This document shows, piece by piece, positions 22,274 through 35,785 of a stretch of 64,000 nt of DNA. The stretch comes from Lingula anatina (lineage: Eukaryota; Animalia; Brachiopoda), in NCBI GenBank assembly GCA_051362555.1, contig CM120648.1:11714587-11778586 (forward strand), written 5' to 3'. Under the pieces are notes generated by a model. It saw nothing but the letters and a program-made list of their open reading frames with translations, was not told the DNA's origin and searched no databases. The position numbers were made by a program, and so were the translations under genes. The stretch's first letter is position 1. Every line of letters starts with the position of its first letter.

Positions 22274-23292
22274 TTCGATTCCAAATTATGCACCTTTGAA
22301 CGAAAGAGAGACACGAGTCATCGCCGCATGACAAGTACTTGAAGGTATCTGAAAAAAGAGTAACAACGAATCAGATAAGTGTGGAATGAATCTAGCAATT
22401 AAAGGGAACTTCAAGGTAAAAATAGCAGATCATTTGTCAAAACGTCAAGATTACCAGTCATTTGTTTCTAATTTGTTAAAACTCCAAAGTAAATATAAGA
22501 CATTTACGTCAATTATCGCGTACCTGACATCAAGTGAACTTCTACTTTGTAACAAAGAAGCTTGGCGCTTGTTGTTGGAAATCGGGGATTGCCGGTACGT
22601 GATGATTGATGTATTTTATATATATCACGCATTTGTTCCCAAAGGAAAAAACCTCACCCTGAAGGTTATTTGTAACTTGTTCTTCCACACAAATTAAAGT
22701 ACAAAGTTTACACTAGTTTACACTCTGATATCACAATTGGTCATGGGGGTGTTCAAAATATTTGGTATTACATCTGAAAACCTCTCGGATTAAGTCGATG
22801 AAAATTGACAACTTTACGATTGACCACAGAAAAGAACAGAATTCGATTCCAAATGACGCACGTTTGAACAATGTCATGCGATGTCACTCGCCATCGCATG
22901 ACAAGCACCTCTGGTAACTCAAAAAGGAACAACGAATTGGATAAGTGTGGAATGCTTCTAGCAATTAAAGGAAAGGTAATGATAGCAGATCGTTCGTCCA
23001 AACGTCAAGATTACCAGTCATTTGTTTTTAAAGAAGAATTGTTAAAAGTCCACCGTAAAGACCTTTACGTCAATTATCGCGTACTTGGTATCAAATTAAC
23101 TTTACGTATAACAAAGAAGCTCACCGCTTCTTGTTGGAAATGGGGGCGTACGTGATACTTGATTTTTTAAAGCGAGTAAATGATCACAAAGGAAGAAAAA
23201 TAACTCACCCAGAAGGTAATTTGCAACTTGTCGTTCCAGACAATATAAATTACAAAGTTTTGTCTAGTTTACACAACGTTACTACAATTTGG
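22274..23292. repeat. Diverged tandem duplication, period about 570 bp
   Basis: TTCGATTCCAAAT..GCAC.TTTGAAC at 22274 and 22842; both copies share AAACGTCAAGATTACCAGTCATTTGTTT. Confidence 0.8.
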
Positions 23293-24414
23293 CATTGCAT
23301 ATTAAGCACATTTGGAAAGTTCAGTTCGCGGATGTTGTCAATAATGTGCTTTCTTGTGTCGAATGCTCGACAAACAAAAAAAACGCCAAAAGAATTAAGG
23401 ATTCCGTTGTTACCTTTGCCTGTGGAAGGCAGCTTTGTTGACTACATAACGTTTCTACCAATTTCGAGAGGAGGGAATGAGAATATGGTTATTTCTTTAT
23501 TAGACTTTTACCTTTTAATGAAAATTATTGAAGCATGGCAAATTTTTAAATTATCTCCAAGGTCCTCATAAGATCAGTTGAATTACATATATTAGACATC
23601 TATTAAATAATTAAAAATAATTAAAGATTGTGTTAAGACTATCAAGTTAACAATAAAACTTATATACAAATAAGACTATAAAAATAACATTGAAACATAC
23701 ATACAGACTTATCAATGACAACAGTAACAATCTTCATTTTTTGATAAAATTTAATATGATGAATAGGCGCAACTGAAATTAATACGCCATAAGACAGACA
23801 GCAAAATGGGTGAAGCAAACGTGACGAAGTCATAATATTCAAATTGGATAGAATTAGAATATGTATCTAGAGTCCATCCTAGTAGTGATGTTATTAAACT
23901 GTAACGGGAATTTTAAAAGTTGCTCTCAAATTTTACTGTATTGACATTTTTTTTCTTAACATAAGTTTTTTTTCCCAGAATGATACGATTGGAGTACAGT
24001 GCACATGCACCTTGAAGTTGACAAACAGATATTAAGATTATTATTAATATACAAAATTCAACATCCCCCTTAAAATTACATTTTTTAAGTTGCGAAGAAC
24101 AAATTGTGTTAATTGTTTCTCGATATATTGCCTAAAAAAAGTCCTTATCCCTGGCATTCAAAGATCATCTTTAAATTATCTTGTCAGTTGGTAAAGCGGT
24201 TATATTTGCAATCAAAGGGCAAGTAGTACAAATGATTAATGGTAAATGTGAATTTTATTTAATATGACTTGAGTGATTATGCGGTTAAAATGTGACGTCC
24301 GTAGTTATGGATGTGTTTAGATGTGTTGTAGGGGTGGAAAGTGATGTGCATGTCGTCATTAAATATTATCTGGGACGCCAGATATATACTATATGGAACG
24401 CCAGATTGGGTCAA

Positions 24415-24439
24415 TATTATTATTTATTATTATTATTAT

Positions 24440-24473
<34 letters not shown>

Positions 24474-24500
24474 TGTTGTTGTTGTTGTTGTTGTTGTAGT
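24415..24500. repeat. Compound microsatellite (TAT)n(TAG)n(TTG)n
   Basis: Seen directly. Confidence 0.9.
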
Positions 24501-25479
24501 GGTATTTTTATTAAATCTACTATTATGCTATTGGCACAGTTATGTAAACATATATTATTGTTATCATAATCTGCTGCAATGAATAATACCATGGAAAATT
24601 AAGACTTTGCATGATAAACAAAAATGTATTGATTTTTGCAGATTAAAGTTAAGATATACCTAATTAAGTTTTTACTTGGCAAGTATTTCTGCGTCATTCG
24701 CATTAGAGATATTTGTAGACGTTGGACCTTGAACATTCACGGATATACAGAGAACTGTGAACAATTATTCGTATGTCCGTAAACATTCGCGAATAAGCGA
24801 ATTGATTTTTACAATGGCGAGCCAATCACAATCGTTTTTCTTCACTATACAGTATGATTTCACTGACACTATATGGATCTCTCGTGCTATAATTCAAAAT
24901 GGAGGATACAGTGAACTATACCAAATGAAAAGCAATCCATTTATGTGGAAATAAACTTTAAATTGTTGGGACTGAAGTCATAAGATATTGTATGTAGTAA
25001 GAACGACACTTTAAGTATTGTGTAATGCATATTAAATACGTGACGTATTTATGTATAAATATTTCTATATTCAGATAATTAATCTTATGATTATCGGTTG
25101 TCGATATTTAATCAGACAGTTATTGGTATATTAACAGTTTGTTTTATCTATTGTAACGACGATGACATGAAACTGATGATACAGACTTGACATTTAATAT
25201 AGAATATTTTAGTTTCGAATGCATGCCTAGGTAAAATGCGTTCTTAAAAAAATCAGATTCCATGTAAGATATGTAAATGGAGAAGTGTGTAGTCAGGTGT
25301 GTCGCTGCCTATGAACTGACTAACATGTTGCACTGCTGCATTGTGTAACTTGCAGTGATTTATTTGGTAGTGCTCCTTTGGACTGGTCAAAGCTTGGCTT
25401 TGGCAAAGCATGGGTCTGACAAAAAAAAAAGTACCCATATGTCGGCAGCCACTGCATAGAAGGATTTGAAATTTTACAT

Positions 25480-26470
25480 GCAAGCAGTTGGTTTTGCATT
25501 GTGTAAAATGAGTTACGCAGTGATTGATCTGTGCCAGAATGGGGGAAAAAAGACAGACATTACTAGAAAGATTAATTTGTCACACGGAATAGTCCGCACA
25601 GTTTTATGGAGTTATGCCTATAGACTGACGCACCTACATGGAGGCCACACCCTATGTATCGAAATCTTACCACAAATGTACAGAACTCACTGTTATTCCG
25701 GATATTCTACTGCAACTAAACAGGAACCACCCAGTCCGTTCAGAATGAAAGGCAAGTTGCCACTAGAACGCGTTTTTCAAGGCTCTTAGCGAACGCCAAA
25801 CTTGTTTTAGCAGGTAAAGATACCAGACGACCCCTGAGGAGGACATTTCAAACAGCAAAACGTCGGCGTCTGTTTCTCTAATGAACTGGGGAAAATTACC
25901 GTTTCTGGGTACAACACTGAAACCGCGTGCCTTTCTTTATTTAGGTCAGATTTTACCTGTACCGCTCAACTAGTCAAAACAGAGTTTACAGACTTCCTGA
26001 AGAGGCCTACGACGTACTGTGTGCCTCGTCTAAAGCGCCAGTGGTCATTGACAGCTTCAGTATTTGGATACCACATTGGTGCCAAAACACCAATGGTAAT
26101 CATCAATAAAAACATGAAACAAACCAATTAAAGGAAAAGTCATGGGAACCATTTGGCCATCATTTGATAAGGGGCACCTTAGAAACAATTGTGCACGATG
26201 AGATTGCTGGTTCACACAGAACACTTTCAATGGCAGATAACTTACAGAACCAAGGGAATAAGCAACTACCTTGGTCATCAAAATTGCCATATTTGAACCA
26301 CATAGACAATATGTGGGTAGATCAACGGCCTAAATGTCCTACAGAAAACTGAAATTGGACAATTTTTGGCCGATGGCTGGACTGTTATTCCAGATGAAAC
26401 TAAAAACCTATCCCAAGAAATGCCTTGTCGCTTGAGAGCCCTACTAGCAGCCAGATGAGGTTGGGCGTAG
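25480..26470 (+). pseudogene. Decayed Tc1/mariner transposase
   Basis: QLPWSSKLPYLNHIDNMW resembles LPWPSxSPDLNPIENxW; WTVIPDETKNLSQEMPCRLRALLAAR resembles the Tc1 C-terminus; stops and frameshifts present; boundaries approximate. Confidence 0.75.
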
Positions 26471-27462
26471 AAGCGACAGTTGCTGTGACTAGAAACTGAC
26501 ATGAGAGCCATTTGTGGGGCGTGTAACTCTTTTACAGATTATAATTTGGAAAATATGGAAATCCAAAACATCGCTTTTAATGGTTTTTGTATGACTTAGA
26601 ATCGGCAATATATTTTTGTTTGCCTCACTGGCGAATTCAGTTAATGAACTGGTGTCACAATGACACCGAAGAGATTATCAAAAGTTTTTAAAACACGATT
26701 TTAATCATTTCTATTTTACAGTCAGCAAAATAGGAAAAACTGATGAAAATGATTTTGAAAAAAAAAAATTCCATATCAAATGTCAAGTCTGTATATACTT
26801 TATATTTAGGGGAATTTTGATATTTTTGAAACTAAATTACCTCTTGGTTTTATACAATCGTGGATTGAATTTGATATTGTTTCTCTTATAGTCATTCATA
26901 GGGAGCACTACAGTGTGGATAAATATGAAGATGATCAGGTACTTCACCATTAACGATGCGCTGGTCGCAACGTTGTGGTGAATGCTGCTCATTGGACAGG
27001 GAGTGGCCGACCCTATTATCTCGCGTAGTGCATTCTAACTATATCTTATATGACAGATTAAAGAGTGAAAATGTATAATAAGAATGTGTCTGAGCCATAA
27101 TAAGAGAGTCACAGGTTATTAATGAGGAAAAAACCAAAAGTATCTGTACTCTTGGGCCACACATAAAACAGTGTAACTGTTAATTTCAGTACGAAATAGG
27201 TCCACTAATTAGCATATTTTCCGAAAAGTTATCAATCTTTCTTTGAGTTATATTTTTGGTTTCATGTCTAAAGTTTTTTTTTTTTTGTTACTTTCTTACA
27301 TAGAATTAATTGGCTTCTCTTTGGTGTTGTAGAATTTCATGATAAAAATGGACTGTTTAAGATGCATTTTACATGTAGGCATATCGTCCCCAAGAGATAA
27401 TGTAACGTTAATTATTGACAGCCACATGAGTAAATAAGGGCCGGGATTGTTTTGTAGACTAA

Positions 27463-27662
27463 GAGGGCATTCCCAAAGATTTAGATCGATCTTACTAGAT
27501 CGACCTAACTCCCTGGGGGTTCACGCTAAATTGCAGTCAGCCGACCGCTCACGGAAGTTAATTACCCCCTTACAGCTTGTAGTAGGCGGGACGGACATTA
27601 AAGCCGAATTATCTGACAGTAATCTAGTGATAGATCGATCTAAAATCAATGGGAATGCACCC
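27463..27662. mobile_element. Harbinger-like MITE, same family as 4298-4615
   Basis: GAGGGCATTCCC / GGGAATGCACCC ends; interior matches the reverse complement of 4320-4480. Confidence 0.65.
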
Positions 27663-28881
27663 AAACTAATTGATTGACGGGAACTCATAATACGTAATCA
27701 CAGGAATATTTTGTTAACAAGAAGAAGGCCGCTAGAGACGGCATGGGGCAGAGACAGAACTGGAAAGAAAGGGGGACTAAACGGAGAGTAGTGAATAAAT
27801 AACATGAAAGAATATGACGGTGTTGTATTTACTGCCTCACGTAACAACGAAATTTAAAGACAACAACTTGGTGACATCACCAATGTAAAAGGAATTGCAT
27901 CGAGGCAATACATAGGACATACATATGGTCCCAGAACGTTAATCTTTAGGGGTCTTGTCCTTTGGTGCCATGCAAAGGTTATTATAGTGTGTCTTTGCTA
28001 GATGAGTTTTGATTAGTCAAATGTAAGGGCCGATCAGTCAGTTTACCGGCTTCGACTCAAAAGCTGCAAAATTCAACTCTAGTACAACGTTTTGCTCAAA
28101 TTTGATCATTAGTTACCTATTATGTGTTACCTCGTTACCAGAGTTGGATTTTATAAGACTCGTATTTAATACACACAATACAAAACACGATTACGGTACA
28201 TACAAAGCATTTACATAAAAAATCAACCGGTGAAACTCGATCTTAATTTTTCGGAAAGATATTATTTGAATGACGTCACGCCTCAGGCTCGCGTATTATC
28301 ACCTCATTTGAACACATTATACACACACAACCATTCCTGTGGTTGCTTCATCAGTTTGTGTAAAATATGGGAGCTACTAAGGATGTAATTTGTTTTCTTT
28401 TCAGTGGGGTTATTATACAATAAGCTTGTCGAAATAACTAATGGTTTTTGCTAGGAAAACACGAACAAAAGAAGTGGTGCATGTGACATTGGGGTGTCAA
28501 ATGGTATCTGAACAACTCTGTTAACAAGAAAATTAATAAAAGACACCTTTCCATACTTTTTTCAATCATTAATTTGCCTTAGAATATATTTTCTTGGCAT
28601 TTTATTTGTGAAGTAGTTTTCAGTGCCAATTTTACAAAGAAAATTATCCGACTTTTAACGAACTTTCCACTTTCCACTCTTTGAGAGCAAGATTTTTTGA
28701 ATGTGTCAGATCTGAAGTCCGTAAGGTTTACTTAAAAAATGAAAGACAAACAAACAGCAGTGACTTGCCAGGCCAATATAATCTAGCTTTAAAGTGATGA
28801 TCAATAACTAAAGTTATCAATCATTAGTTTAATCACCCTCTCTCTTAATCTATAAAAAGCAAATGACATCCGATTTATAAG

Positions 28882-29252
28882 TTTCTTTACATGAACGTAC
28901 GTGTAGTAGACCTCATGGTGTAAAGAGCTGTTGGTCACGTGTCCCTTATAAAAATCGTTAGTGCACATGCAATTTACAAGCTGGGGAATTATATTTGTGG
29001 TCTGTATAGGGAGCATACAAACTGTGTGTGGCTGTCTGCAGGCTTGAAAGAGAATTTTATTTACTAAATTTCTTTACATGAACGTACGTGTAGTACACCT
29101 CAAGGTGTAAAGAGCTGTTGGTCACGTGTCCCTTATAAAAATCGTTAGTGCACATGCAATTTACAAGCTGGGGAATTATATTTGTGGTCTGTATAGGGAG
29201 CATACAAACTGTGTGTGGCTGTCTGCAGGCTTGAAAGAGAATTTTATTTACT
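28882..29252. repeat. Near-identical tandem duplication, 187-bp period
   Basis: TTTCTTTACATGAACGTACG at 28882 and 29069. Confidence 0.9.
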
Positions 29253-29872
29253 TGGATTTCAGATCAGTCACAGCTTTTAGGGCAAACAGATTCGCTAGCG
29301 ATTTTAGTAAGCGTGTTAACATTATCTCCCCAAATATATTTTGACTGCTTGACTTGCTAGTACTGTGAAAAGAAAAATGACTATAGCATAAAAAAATACA
29401 TTAAATAGCTATAAATCTAGAGGCAAAAATTGAAAAAATGGCATATCTCCACTCATCAACATACTACATGCAAGATCGTTTTGCATAGGTGCCTATCAAA
29501 AGAAGCACTAACCCCGCAGAATCTGGTAAACACAATTTAGATTTTGCGATACTTTCGACATTTCCTTCTCAGATATCTTGATGTTACTATATATATGTCA
29601 CTAATTATTTCACAACTATGCAGTTATGACGTCTGTCAGCTATCGCGCCTTTTGACCGGTCGATAACAAGCTGTCACGCTGCTGAGAGGCCAATTATCCG
29701 TCGGTTGATTGGGTTAGAACAAGCTGAGCACGAGCATTTCGAGGATGAGACCACTTTGATTGCTTCTTGAAAAACCTTTTGGTAACTTCTAACTGCCTTT
29801 TAGGAAATGACACCTAAGTCATTCAGGTTTTGGTGATAAACGCCATTATGTCTTGCCATGCACGGTGACATA

Positions 29873-31239
29873 AGTCATTAAACTGATCGGTATTAACCAT
29901 CTTCACCAGTCATTAAACTGATCGGTATTAACCACCCTCACCAGTCATTAAACTGATCGGTATTAACCATCTTCACCAGTCATTAAACTGATCGGTATTA
30001 ATCATCTTCACCAGTCATTAAACTGATAGGTATAAACCATCTTCACCAGTCATTAAACTGATAGCTATTAACCATCTTCACCAGTCATTAAACTGATAGC
30101 TATTAACCATCTTCACCAGTCATTAAACTGATAGGTATTAACCATCTTCACCAGTCATTATACTGATCGGTATTAATCATCTTCACCAGTCATGAAACTG
30201 ATAGGTATTAACCATCTTCACCAGTCATTAAACTGATAGGTATTAACCATCTTCACCAGTCATTAAACTGATCGGTATTAATCATCTTCACCAGTCATTA
30301 AACTGATCGGTATTAACCATCCTCACCAGTCATTAAACTGATCGGTATTAACCATCTTCACCAGTCATTAAACTGATCGGTATTAATCATCTTCACCAGT
30401 CATTAAACTGATAGGTATTAACCATCTTCACCAGTCATTAAACTGATCGGTATTAATCATCTTCACCAGTCATGAAACTGATAGGTATTAACCATCTTCA
30501 CCAGTCATTAAACTGATAGGTATTAACCATCTTCACCAGTCATGAAACTGATAGGTATTAACCATCTTCACCAGTCATTAAACTGATAGGTATTAACCAT
30601 CTTCACCAGTCATTAAACTGATCGGTATTAATCATCTTCACCAGTCATTAAACTGATAGGTATTAACCATCTTCACCAGTCATTAAACTGATCGGTATTA
30701 ATCATCTTCACCAGTCATGAAACTGATAGGTATTAACCATCTTCACCAGTCATTAAACTGATAGGTATTAACCATCTGCACCAGTCTTTAAACTGATAGG
30801 TATTAACCATCTTCACCAGTCATTAAACTGATAGGTATAAACCATCTTCACCAGTCATTAAACTGATAGGTATAAACCATCTTCACCAGTCATAAAACTG
30901 ATAGGTATAAACCATCTTCACCAGTCATTAAACTGATAGGTATTAACCATCTGCACCAGTCATTAAACTGATAGGTATTAACCATCTTCACCAGTCATTA
31001 AACTGATCGGTATTAACCATCTTCACCAGTCATTAAACTGATCGGTATTAATCATCTTCACCAGTCATTAAACTGATAGGTATTAACCATCTTCACCAGT
31101 CATTAAACTGATAGGTATTAACCATCTTCACCAGTCATTAAACTGATCGGTATTAACCATCTTCACCAGTCATTAAACTGATAGGTATTAACCATCTTCA
31201 CCAGTCATTAAACTGATAGGTATTAACCATCTTCTCCAG
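29873..31239. repeat. 35-bp minisatellite, about 39 copies
   Basis: Unit AGTCATTAAACTGAT(C/A)GGTATTAACCATCTTCACC, head-to-tail with no spacers. Confidence 0.97.
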
Positions 31240-32325
31240 GAAAGTTAGATTAATTGAACCAGTGTGCTGTTCCACAACGTCTGATCATTACATTGTTGCT
31301 GCATAAGTTAATCAAGTACTATATTTTACTTCCGTTGTTGCAATACGCTGTATAAATGCACTAAACACCCAAACCTAATTAGGGGATGCAAAACAGGTCA
31401 CGTGCATGCTCTTAAGAATATATAGTGCACAGATTGCAAACTATGTTTGATTATTATAGAGTTCCACGTGAGGAACTTTTTAAAGTTTCGCTCTCCTGGA
31501 ACCATGAATAATAAAAGATAATTCATCGCCTAGCTCCAAAAAAGGACCATACGTTACTGTCACAAATGCCACACGTCCAGCTGTGAAACGTTTTACTCAC
31601 TTTGGTTTATATCTTACAAGCATAATGTTGTAAAAAATCATGTATAGAGGAGTTAATTGTTTTTGAGCGACTTGAAGCAATAATGACTCTTCCTTTGAGA
31701 TTCAAAATTCCGCAAGAAATACATTGTAAACAACGCATGGAAATATATTCTATTGCATTTTACCACTAAAACGGCTGTTATTGTAGTAAAACTAAAATCT
31801 GTGCTTGTCAATAGGGCTTTCGATGCCTTTCTTCCCGGTCGTCAAGCCATCCGTTGCCAATGACGTTGGGGTGTCACGCGGATTTTCGCGTTCATTCGAG
31901 ACCAAAATAACATATGGCGCCAAACGCTTGATGCAATCCGCAGACGTAAGTTGCGAGTTTTTGTACAGTGCGTCGGATAACCGAAAGCCCAGAATTGCAC
32001 ACATTGTAGTTATAAATACATTTTGAGCAATAAGAAGAATATATCTTATGAATCTTATATCATTGTTATATAGTGTTGTTGTTGTCTGCTTTTCCCGCAG
32101 TTTTAAGTAGGTCACCAGAAAATATCGCTCGATATCGCGTGACTATGCAATGTCAAAGAGGGCTCCGTCAGTTAAAATCTCTTAAGAGATTTTAACAAAA
32201 AAACCAAACGTTTAGGAAAAAAACTTGGACTAACTTTGAATGCAGGAATGAGGTCGCTGGCCATTGGTAAGTACGGGAAAATTGCCGTTTACCCCAGGAA
32301 AATCCAATTTTTGGCCAAAACAAAG

Positions 32326-35300
32326 AGTTATTGTACCACCAGCGTTAGCGCTGGCGGTACACATGGTTTTAGTCCCGTCCGGATCGTTCCGCCGGCTCCG
32401 CCGGACGGGTACCGTTACCGCTTCTCCTCCTAGACGGTAAGGGCCCCCGTACCCATCTCTTGGATTTAGGTCACCTATAATCTCAACTCGTTCCACGTAA
32501 AATTTGGGCTTTGTCGGTTTTGGGGTCTAGGTGTGGCACTCATTGCAATGCACCCTTGTCTAAAAATGGCAAAATTAAATGCTAATTATCTACCCTACGG
32601 AAGGAATTATGGGAAAAATTTCTACAGACGGCTTTCCAAAAGTCATATGTGTAGATTTCAAATATGCCCTTGGATTTGACCTTTGACCTTTATTTCAAGG
32701 TCAAACGGGCCAAAATTTTCAAAAAAATGAATTTTTTTACGAAAAAATAATTATTTGCCCTGTTATTCAGACACCACACAGACTTAACCAATAATATTAT
32801 TGGAAAGTGTTACCCTTCAGGTCATCTTTCATCTCCGTGAATTTGGGGTCAATCGGTGCATTTTCACGGGAGTAGCGGCCATAAGATACCGAAACTGAAA
32901 ACTGTCTCTAATTCGGGAACCGTTAATGCTAGAGACCCATTCTTTTTTGCATTTTGTAGAGCATGTAAAGCCCAACACTGAAGGTGGTCTCGGTTTTTTT
33001 GTATTCCATACGGTTTTCGAGTTACACTGTATCAAAAAGTACATATTGGTGGTGAAAGCAAAATGTGCAGTACGGTAATGGATAATAAATTTTGAACTCC
33101 GGAAAAATAAAACATAAGGCTTGGCAAAGCAGACAACTTGTGGTCAAAAATGACATTATTTCATCAAATTTGAACATCTGGAACTTCAGAGCACCTCCCA
33201 TTTCAAGAATTTTGACCAAAATGACCTTTTCTTTATTTTAATTAATTTTTTCTGTAGGAAATTTATGGCACATTATGGTAACTCCAAAATTATAACATTT
33301 AGTCCCTTATATCTCCAAAACTGGCAGAGATAGGTCCATAGTTACTATTGAAGTTGATTAGGAAGTCATATACTGGCAATCTAAATGTGACCTTGAAATT
33401 GACCTTTGACCTACTTTTCACCATGAACTGAACTTTGCAAATTTTGCTTCCCCTTTATCTCCAAAACTGGCAGAGATAGGTCCATATTTACTATTGAAGT
33501 TGAATAGGAAGTCATATACTGGCAATCTAAATGTGACCTCAAAATTGACCTTTGACCTACTTTTCACCATGAACTGAACTTTGCAAATTTTGGTTCCCTT
33601 TTATCTCCAAAACTGGCAGAGATAGGTCCATAGTTACTATTGAACTTGAATAGGAAGTCATATACTGGCAATCTAAATGTGACCTTGAAATTGACCTTTG
33701 ACCTACTTTTCACCATGAACTGAACTTTGCAAATTTTGGTTCCCTTTTATCTCCAAAACTGGCAGAGATAGGTCCATAGTTACTATTGAACTTGAATAGG
33801 AAGTCATATACTGGCAATCTAAATGTGACCTTGAAATTGACCTTTGACCTACTTTTCACCATGAACTGAACTTTGCAAATTTTGGTTCCCTTTTATTTCC
33901 AAAACTGGCAGAGATAGGTCCATAGTTACTATTGAACTTGAATAGGAAGTCATATACTGGCAATCTAAATGTGACCTTGAAATTGACCTTTGACCTACTT
34001 TTCACCATGAACTGAACTTTGCAAATTTTGGTTCCCTTTTATCTCCAAAACTGGCAGAGATAGGTCCATAGTTACTATTGAAGTTGAATAGGAAGTCATA
34101 TACTGGCAATCTTAATGTGACCTTGAAATTGACCTTTGACCTACTTTTCACCATGAACTGAACTTTGCAAATTTTGGTTCCCTTTTATCTCCAAAACTGG
34201 CAGAGATAGGTCCATAGTTACTATTGAAGTTGAATAGGAAGTCATATACTGGCAATCTTAATGTGACCTTGAAATTGACCTTTGACCTACTTTTCACCAT
34301 GAACTGAACTTTGCAAATTTTGGTTCCCTTTTATTTCCAAAACTGGCAGAGATAGGTCCATAGTTACTATTGAACTTGAATAGGAAGTCATATACTGGCA
34401 ATCTTACTGTGACCTTGAAATTGACCTTTGACCTACTTTTCACCATGAACTGAACTTTGCAAATTTTGTTTCCCTTTTATCTCCAAAACTGGCAGAGATA
34501 GGTCCATAGTTACTATTGAAGTTGAATAGGAAGTCATATACTGGCAATCTAAATGTGACCCTGAAATTAACCTTTGACCTACTTTTCACCATGAACTGAA
34601 CTTTGCAAATTTTGCTTCCCCTTTATCTCCAAAACTGGCAGAGATAGGTCCATAGTTGCTATTGAACATGAATAGGAAGTCATATACTGGCAATCTAAAT
34701 GTGACCTTGAAATTGACCTTTGACCCACTTTTCACCATGAAGTGAACTTTGCAAATTTTGGTTCCCTTTTATCTCCAAAACTGGCAGAGATAGGTCCATA
34801 GTTACTATTGAACTTGAATAGGAAGTCATATATTGGCAATCTAAATGTGACCTTGAAATTGACCTTTGACCTACTTTTCACCATGAACTGAACTTTGCAA
34901 ATTTTGCTTCCCTTTTATCTCCAAAACTGGCTGAGATAGGTCCATAGTTACTATTGAACTTGAATAGGAAGTCATATACTGGCAATCTAAATGTGACCTT
35001 GAAATTGACCTTTGACCTACTTTTCACCATGAACTGAACTTTGCAAATTTTGCTTCCCTTTTATCTCCAAAGTTACGCTGTATCAAAAAGTACACATTGG
35101 TGGTGAAAGCAAAATGTGCAGTACGGTAATGGATAATAAATTTTGAACTCCGGAAAAATAAAACATAAGGCTTGGCAAAGCAGACAACTTGTGGTCAAAA
35201 ATGACATTATTTCATCAAATTTGAACATCTGGAACTTCAGAGCACCCCCATTTCAAGAATTTTGACCAAAATGACCTTTTCTTTATTTTAATTAATTTCT

Positions 35301-35785
35301 TCTGTAGGAAATTTATGGCACATTATGGTAACTCCAAAATTATAACATTTAGTCCCTTATATCTCCAAAACTGGCAGAGATAGGTCCATAGTTACTATTG
35401 AAGTTGAATAGGAAGTCATATACTGGCAATCTTACTGTGACCTTGAAATTGACTTTTGACCTACTTTTCACCATGAACTGAACTTTGCAAATTTTGCTTC
35501 CCTTTTATCTCCAAAACTGGCAGAGATAGGTCCATAGTTACTATTGAACTTGAATAGGAAGTCATATATTGGCAATCTAAATGTGACCTTGAAATTGACC
35601 TTTGACCTACTTTTCACCATGAAGTGAACTTTGCAAATTTTGGTTCCCTTTTATCTCCAAATCTGGCAGAGATAGATCCATAGTTACTATTGAAGTTGAA
35701 TAAGAATTCATATACTGGCAATTTACTGTGACCTTGAAATTGACCTTTGACCTACCTTACGATGAACTTAACTTTGATTGTACCA
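32326..35785. mobile_element. Probable non-autonomous Helitron/Helentron-like element carrying the 146-bp satellite
   Basis: GC-rich palindromic head (CCAGCGTTAGCGCTGG, CCGTCCGG...CCGGACGG, CTTCTCCTCCTAG) followed by TGACCTT-rich core repeats; boundaries approximate. Confidence 0.45.
33311..35770. repeat. 146-bp satellite: 12 copies, a duplicated flank, then 3 copies
   Basis: ATCTCCAAAACTGGCAGAGATAGG recurs at 33311, 33457, 33603, 33749 and onward; 33021-33310 is repeated at 35072-35360. Confidence 0.95.

Noticed and set aside
22386-23571. Cluster of 94-146 aa ORFs
   Set aside because: They lie in a diverged non-coding tandem duplication, and reading frames are not conserved between the copies
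24292-24592. Poly-V, poly-Q and poly-L ORFs
   Set aside because: Translation of a compound microsatellite
24700-24954. Exon-like 65-aa ORF
   Set aside because: No recognisable domain and no consistent splice partners
29873-31239. CRISPR-like array (35-bp repeats)
   Set aside because: Units are head-to-tail with no unique spacers, there are no cas genes, and the context is eukaryotic
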